From: an uncultured Bacteroidaceae bacterium
Lineage (GTDB): Bacteria; Bacteroidota; Bacteroidia; Bacteroidales; GCA-2748055
Length of the DNA: 64,000 bases
Assembly: GCA_964526475.1 (NCBI GenBank)
Contig: CAZGKF010000009.1
Coordinates: 10,248 to 74,247 of the forward strand
Direction of reading: 5' to 3'
Positions within the stretch are counted from its first letter, which is position 1; each line of letters starts with the position of its first letter. Shown piece after piece: positions 58,788-64,000 of this stretch. The notes beneath the pieces were generated by a model, which saw nothing but the letters and a program-made list of their open reading frames with translations, searched no databases and was not told where the DNA came from. The position numbers and the translations under genes are program-made.

Positions 58788-58989
58788 AGCAAATAGAGCT
58801 TTATTTGAATAGAATTCCGGAGGATTTTAATAATTTTGCAGTAAAGTTTGATCTTTATACTGTGTTTAAAAATTTGAATCTTCATATAGATAATGAAATT
58901 AAAATGATCCGAAGAAATAATTTATTGACTGTTGGTAGTTATTAACAGTACAAACAATAATAATTTTATTTTAAAGGACCGGATGTAAT

Positions 58990-59409
58990 ATGAATGGATT
59001 TCTCAATTATATGTTGCATTTTATATTTATTGCAACATTCAGTTTTCTTTATGTTGTTTCCATCATTATTTTAAAACCTTTCAGACTTCATCGCAAAAGG
59101 CCTGGTTCAACGATAAGCCTTAAACTGAGTTATCTTTTGTACCTCCTCGTTTTTCTTTTGATGGCTTACCTTGTATTATTCTATTCAAAACTGGAAGGAA
59201 ATCTGGATGACATATCATTCGACAGCAGATATAATCTATATTACATAGCTGTAATCATTTCCTTTGTTGTTCCGAATGTTTCCATAATGTTCCGGAGAAA
59301 GATCAAAGCATTCCGTACAATCTACAATTATGTATTTACAGCTATAAATATAATTATAACTTTTATACTCTTTTTTATTATCAACAGTACCCCCTGGCAT
59401 TTCAGGTAA
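58990..59409 (+). CDS. Hypothetical 4-TM membrane protein
   Basis: 139 aa, strongly hydrophobic. Its last 82 nt overlap the convergent ORF 59328-59939. Confidence 0.4.
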   Translation: MNGFLNYMLHFIFIATFSFLYVVSIIILKPFRLHRKRPGSTISLKLSYLLYLLVFLLMAYLVLFYSKLEGNLDDISFDSRYNLYYIAVIISFVVPNVSIMFRRKIKAFRTIYNYVFTAINIIITFILFFIINSTPWHFR

Positions 59410-59939
59410 AACTCCGGCATGACATACTTTTTTGCTGCAAGACATATTCTATTCTTACTTTTTTCTGCCATTGTATCAATAACCATTAAGTGTCCACCGA
59501 AATGATATGCGCCAAGTGTTTTTACATAATGGTCTATCAATTTAGTTTTTGACTCAAACGAGACAAATCCTTCTCCACCTCTTTGAAATGAAACTTTACA
59601 TGCATATGCAACAAGGTTTCCAGGAACTCCCTCGTATAATTTATCCTTGCCAGGATTAAATGGAGCACTTTCAAGTAAAAACATATATACATGATCAGTC
59701 CTAACAGTATAGCTTATCAACCCTTGTCTAATGTCAGGGTTGTCAATTATTGTCAGTTTATATACTTCTCTGTCAGGTTGGTTAAACTCATGTTTCCAAT
59801 TGAATAACCATCCTCTCGATTTTGTCAATAAGGAAACTTCTGTTTGAAAACTATCTCCGCTTATCGTATTTAGTATCGAATCAGTCAGTTTATCAATCTC
59901 AAAATCAAGCTTGTATAAATCCTTTTTTGTCATATACAA
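59328..59939 (-). CDS. Hypothetical cytoplasmic protein (possible acyl-CoA N-acyltransferase-like fold; weak)
   Basis: 203 aa (probable start MTKKDLYKL at 59933). Conserved-looking core ..VYMFLLESAPFN.GKDKLYEGVPGNLVAYACKVSFQRGGEGFVSFESKTKLIDHYVKTLGA... The last ~35 codons are hydrophobic/low-complexity and overlap the neighbouring gene. Confidence 0.45.
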   Translation of the reverse strand: MYMTKKDLYKLDFEIDKLTDSILNTISGDSFQTEVSLLTKSRGWLFNWKHEFNQPDREVYKLTIIDNPDIRQGLISYTVRTDHVYMFLLESAPFNPGKDKLYEGVPGNLVAYACKVSFQRGGEGFVSFESKTKLIDHYVKTLGAYHFGGHLMVIDTMAEKSKNRICLAAKKYVMPEFYLKCQGVLLIIKKSIKVIIIFIAVNT

Positions 59940-60015
59940 ATAATTAAGGAATTATCTGTCTGTTGAGAGGCTTCCAACGTTAGGGGAGGGGACACAGGGG
60001 TGGGGCATGATTGCC

Positions 60016-60951
60016 CTAAGGGGTATAGTTATTGATAATATCCATCGATAATTTAATTTTCTCGTCCATGCTGAATTCTCCACGGATCCAATGTATTTTA
60101 ACTCCGTCTCTTTCCATTCTCCTGAACCATGTCATTTGTCTCTTTGCAAACTGGTGGATAGATGTGTTAAGTTTGTTAAACATATCATCATAGTTGATTT
60201 TCCCTGTAAGATACCAGGAAAGATATTTGTATTCCAGACCATAATATTCAAGTTGAGCAGGGGTAATGCCCGATTGCAGGAGCTTCTCAACTTCTTCTGT
60301 CATGCCATTTTTCAATCGCGAGATGAGTCTTTCTGTTATTCTTCTTCGTCTTTCTTCACGCTCAAAACGAATACCGAAAATTATTGGGTTAAAATCCGGA
60401 AAATCTGTTACAGTATCAGGATGACTCTTTTTATATGCTTCAATTTCAATTGCCCTTATTAATCTTTTCCTGCTTACTATGTCGGTGGTATTATGAAGAT
60501 ACCTGTAAGTAAGAAGGATGCGGGCTAACTCTTCCATAGAATTTTTAGCGAGATCTTTTCTTATTTTATAGTTAAAAGGAACGTTAATAAGTTCATATTT
60601 TTTCAACACAGCCTCCAGATACATTCCACTGCCGCCGCATAAAACAGGGATATTCCCTTTAGATAAAATAATTTTGTATGCTTTTAAAAAATCTTTCTGA
60701 AATTCGTGAACATTATACTCATCCCCGGGATCAGCTATATCTATAAGGTACACATTAATCTGTTCCCCATCAACATGATAGTCTGAATAATCCTTTCCTG
60801 TTCCGATATCCATTCCACGATATACCTGCCGTGAATCGGCACTGATGATCTCTCCTCCTGTTTTGCTTGCAAGCCTGGCTGCGAAAGCAGTTTTCCCCGC
60901 AGCAGTATGCCCCAGCACGGTTACTAATTTATCTCGATTTGAATCAGGCAT
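60016..60951 (-). CDS. miaA: tRNA dimethylallyltransferase MiaA
   Basis: 311 aa; P-loop ..GHTAAGKTAFAARLA.., ..IISADSRQVYRGMDIGTGK.., ..YAKRQMTWFRR... Confidence 0.93.
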   Translation of the reverse strand: MPDSNRDKLVTVLGHTAAGKTAFAARLASKTGGEIISADSRQVYRGMDIGTGKDYSDYHVDGEQINVYLIDIADPGDEYNVHEFQKDFLKAYKIILSKGNIPVLCGGSGMYLEAVLKKYELINVPFNYKIRKDLAKNSMEELARILLTYRYLHNTTDIVSRKRLIRAIEIEAYKKSHPDTVTDFPDFNPIIFGIRFEREERRRRITERLISRLKNGMTEEVEKLLQSGITPAQLEYYGLEYKYLSWYLTGKINYDDMFNKLNTSIHQFAKRQMTWFRRMERDGVKIHWIRGEFSMDEKIKLSMDIINNYTP

Positions 60952-61115
60952 ATTAAGAAACGAATTTTTTGAAAGTTAAAAAGGCTTAATAAGTTAACAA
61001 AATATTGCCGTGAAAATTTATGATATATAAGTATGAAAGTTCCATTTTCTCTTTTTCCGGCATTGCTCACTAAAAATTATTATTACTAACTTTGTGTTCC
61101 TGTAATTCCGATCCA

Positions 61116-61568
61116 ATGCAGAACAGAATCAATATAAAGAATAAAAAGGCCTATCATGATTTTGAGATCATAGAGAAATTTTCTGCAGGTGTTATACTTG
61201 CTGGAACAGAAGTAAAATCTGTTCGTATGGGGAAAGTAAGCCTGGCAGATGCTTATTGCCACTTTATTACAGGGGAGCTTTTTATCAGAAATATGCAGAT
61301 AACTGAATATCCATGGGCTAGTTATGCAAATCATACCCCTGGGAGAGAGAGGAAACTGCTAATGAACAGACATGAACTGAAGCGACTTGGACGAAAAGTA
61401 AGGGAAACAGGACTTACCATTATTCCTCTCAGAGTATTCATTTCTGAAAAGGGATATGTGAAAATCGATATTGGGCTGGCAAAAGGAAAGAAACTTTACG
61501 ATAAGAGAGAGACGATTAAATTAAAAGATACTCAGAGACAGTTTGACAGAAAACAGAAGATTAAATAA
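61116..61568 (+). CDS. smpB: SsrA-binding protein SmpB
   Basis: MQNRINIKNKKAYHDFEIIEKFSAGVILAGTEVKSVRMGKVSLADAYC... The ORF-track start 61092 adds 8 non-conserved codons. Confidence 0.93.
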   Translation: MQNRINIKNKKAYHDFEIIEKFSAGVILAGTEVKSVRMGKVSLADAYCHFITGELFIRNMQITEYPWASYANHTPGRERKLLMNRHELKRLGRKVRETGLTIIPLRVFISEKGYVKIDIGLAKGKKLYDKRETIKLKDTQRQFDRKQKIK

Positions 61569-62933
61569 TTATTGCATAAAAAAGAAATTATTCAGTTCGT
61601 AAAGGTCTTCAACCTTAAGGTTGAGACGGTAATCGAAATAATTATCTATGGCCTTTAATAATTCCTCAAACGAAATATAGCCGTCATTATCCATATCAAG
61701 ATTTTTAAATTTTTCCGGTATTTCAGTTACAGCTTTTCTGACGTACTTTTTCCCTATGGTATTGAAATATTCTTTAACGTATTCCCGGTTCATTGCATCA
61801 TCCCTTTCAGAAAGGAGTTTGAGGAAGCTTTCCTCTGAAATGCTTACTCCATTCTCATCAACCCAGTTAGCCTCAGGTGTATTGGGTTCCAGATCGAGAT
61901 AATCGGGGACTCCATCTCCGTCTGAATCAACAGGACAACCCAAAGTATCCACAACAGCTCCGAAAGGTGTTCCGGGACATTCATCAACCGGATCAAGCAC
62001 AAAATCCCCGTCTTCATCATCAAACATTACATCATCGACTTCAAGTTCCATGAAGAGCCGCTCAATGATTTTTTCTTTTGGCTGGGAAAACAGGTCAAGG
62101 TGAATCGTGAAATAATTGAAGGAAAACATGTCATTTCTACTATTTCCTTTAATTGAAGTCCCTTTTGAGCTTACATTATCAATATAATCTGACAATGTAA
62201 AATGCAATGAAGTTCCAAGCCTGCATGAAACTCTGTCGGTAATTTGGAAGTCAATACCGGCATCTAAAGGAAAGGTAAAAGCATTCTTCCCATAATTCCC
62301 ATAATTAACATCAATGTCGCGTTCCCATTTTCTAAGATCTGTTTCATACACATAATCCCTGAAAATTATTTCACTGGGCTGAACAGTCCCTAGAGATTCA
62401 GGAATATCTCTGATAGTACCATCCGACCAGTAGTTATAAAAATTCCCTTCACTGTCAAACAGATCACCTTTCGGAGTGAACTGAAGAGTACTTATTCCGG
62501 CAGAAATAAAGGGTCTTATCCATCTTTTTTTCCTGATAAAATGATCAAATGAATATTCAGCATTTATTCCAATATTAACAATATCTGTTTTAAAGTTCAG
62601 ATTATTCGAAAGATCGTTAACTGATCTTAGGTTACCGGATAAAGATCCGTAGATAAGAAAAAAATTTGTCTTGAGGTATCTTCCCGGGTCAACATAAGCT
62701 GAGACATTGAATTTAAAGGCATTATCCCCAATCAGGGGAATAAAATGATTATTACTGACGTCGCCATGGAAATTAAGCACTCCTCTTCCAAATCCAATAA
62801 CCGGTTTGTATAAAGGATCTTCTACAAGAACCTTTTCTTGTAAAAGCTCCTCATAAGGATCCTTCTGGGCAAAGGAAGAAAATGTCAGTAGCAGTAAACC
62901 CGATATCAAAAGGAAAATCCTTTGCATTGTCAT
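61569..62933 (-). CDS. Outer-membrane beta-barrel-like protein with thrombospondin type-3 Ca-binding repeats and a C-terminal EF-hand
   Basis: 454 aa; signal peptide, beta-rich N-terminal half, DECPGTP..DTLGCPVDSDGDGVPDYLD (TSP3-type), and DMDNDGYISFEELLKAI (EF-hand loop). Its stop codon abuts the smpB stop codon with zero spacer. Confidence 0.6.
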   Translation of the reverse strand: MTMQRIFLLISGLLLLTFSSFAQKDPYEELLQEKVLVEDPLYKPVIGFGRGVLNFHGDVSNNHFIPLIGDNAFKFNVSAYVDPGRYLKTNFFLIYGSLSGNLRSVNDLSNNLNFKTDIVNIGINAEYSFDHFIRKKRWIRPFISAGISTLQFTPKGDLFDSEGNFYNYWSDGTIRDIPESLGTVQPSEIIFRDYVYETDLRKWERDIDVNYGNYGKNAFTFPLDAGIDFQITDRVSCRLGTSLHFTLSDYIDNVSSKGTSIKGNSRNDMFSFNYFTIHLDLFSQPKEKIIERLFMELEVDDVMFDDEDGDFVLDPVDECPGTPFGAVVDTLGCPVDSDGDGVPDYLDLEPNTPEANWVDENGVSISEESFLKLLSERDDAMNREYVKEYFNTIGKKYVRKAVTEIPEKFKNLDMDNDGYISFEELLKAIDNYFDYRLNLKVEDLYELNNFFFMQ

Positions 62934-62962
62934 TTATTACAGTTTGACGGATGGGATCCCTG

Positions 62963-64000
62963 TTAGCGGTACCATCTTTGATTTGAGATCATGAGAGCTT
63001 CCTGAACTGTAATTCGTTTTCCGTTATGGTAGGCTGCAACAAAGGCATCGTTTATTGGTGTATTATTCCAGATCATGATTCTTTGGTCCCTTGCATCACG
63101 ATATTCCTTAAACGATCCTACGGTGTATTTACGCCATCCTTCATGAAATTCAAATTTCACATTATCTTTAACGGCCAAACGGTTAAAGTACCTTGTGATG
63201 TTAACTGGTTTGTGTCCTGCTGCAAGTTGTACCCTGTAATATATGCCGTCTTCGGAACTCAGAAGAAAATTTTTCTCACCGCTGGAAACGGAAGGTTTAA
63301 CAGCATCCTTTTTTTCTTCCTGAACAACAGGAGGTTTTTTCTCTTCCGTTTTAACTGGCTCAGGTTTTTCTACTTCTTCTATAACCGTAACATCCGCCAA
63401 TTTACTCTCAATATCTTTTACCTCTGCAATATCAGGTTTTTTTTCAAGAATTTCAACAGTTCTTGTCTGATTTCCATTTATATATGAAAAAAAGCCTGTT
63501 ATATTCAGGTCAGAAATAGTTTTTCCTCTTTCAGGGAAGAGTTTGTATTTTATTGTAAAATCTTGTTCTTCAGGAAGATTCATCCAAAGGATTCTGGCAA
63601 TCCTGTTTTCAAAACTAAAGATACCTTTTTTGGAATCCATCTCACTTGCAATAAAGCCTTCCGGAATTTTTTCTTCAATCTTAGCAAATTTATCAAGATT
63701 GCCTTTATTAAGGTGAAGCTCAACAATTATTTCACGTGGACTATTCTGGATGGGAGTTCTCCTTGTGCATTGTATATCATCAGCTTTCTTCACTTCTTCA
63801 ATATTTGTGAGCACATGTTCCTGAAAATCATTTATATCAATTTGAAGGGATTCAGCTATGTTTGGATTTGGGATGATAGTAATAACATTTTGTCCTTTAA
63901 TCTGAATATTTCTACGTTCGTTCCCATCGATATATGAGAACTCAGCATTTGCAGTAAATTTTCCTTTAAGTCTTTCATCAACCTTAATTTTATAAACAGC
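62963..64000 (-). CDS. Surface/periplasmic repeat protein with a C-terminal SPOR-like domain (5' part lies beyond the window end)
   Basis: The ORF track starts at a GTG (63814), but my translation shows the frame is open to position 64000 (AVYKIKVDERLKGKFTANAEFSYIDGNERRNIQIKGQNVITIIPNPN..). Similar ..F.Y..GN.. modules recur. C-terminus: YYRVQLAAGHKPV..YTVGSFKEYRDARDQ..AFVAAYHNGKRITVQEA. Confidence 0.6.
   Translation of the reverse strand, partial: AVYKIKVDERLKGKFTANAEFSYIDGNERRNIQIKGQNVITIIPNPNIAESLQIDINDFQEHVLTNIEEVKKADDIQCTRRTPIQNSPREIIVELHLNKGNLDKFAKIEEKIPEGFIASEMDSKKGIFSFENRIARILWMNLPEEQDFTIKYKLFPERGKTISDLNITGFFSYINGNQTRTVEILEKKPDIAEVKDIESKLADVTVIEEVEKPEPVKTEEKKPPVVQEEKKDAVKPSVSSGEKNFLLSSEDGIYYRVQLAAGHKPVNITRYFNRLAVKDNVKFEFHEGWRKYTVGSFKEYRDARDQRIMIWNNTPINDAFVAAYHNGKRITVQEALMISNQRWYR

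Overview
This is an AT-rich chromosomal segment that looks like a Bacteroidota genome. Supporting this: a SprA/T9SS translocon fragment next to ruvA, a CarboxypepD_reg-type TonB-dependent receptor, His_kinase/LytTR pairs, SPOR and DUF4493/LTD surface proteins, and lipoprotein signal peptides ending in Cys. All homology calls come from reading the translated ORFs against my memory of protein families; no searches were run.

Core housekeeping genes are present: ruvA, maeB, recA, bcp, clpS, nfeD-floA, miaA, smpB and tRNA-Pro(UGG). They are interspersed with envelope genes: an AsmA-like gene followed by a co-directional run that includes a YidD-like gene.

Three sectors are less ordinary:
1. About 27.9-34.4 kb holds an unusual density of decayed genes. 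rsgA carries two nonsense codons and a frameshift, a GNAT gene lacks a canonical start, there are two short gene remnants, and an unknown gene is split over three frames. A SatD/DUF3307 pair with operator-like palindromes follows.
2. About 37.5-40 kb holds an ABC-2 exporter operon with a fossil fragment of a NuoB/HycG-type hydrogenase subunit at its 5' end.
3. About 46.1-49.2 kb is the most unusual locus. An IS200-like/REP-associated Y1 (HUH) transposase gene is bracketed by two direct copies of a ~95-nt hairpin element. Inside the gene, in frame, lies a perfect 24-nt palindrome with a ~23-copy 12-mer array on one side and a 12-copy 9-mer array on the other. Nearby, the tRNA-Pro locus carries a 241-bp tandem duplication that includes the tRNA 3' end, plus tRNA-derived fragments.

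I saw no CRISPR array, reverse transcriptase, integrase, prophage or recognisable defence system.
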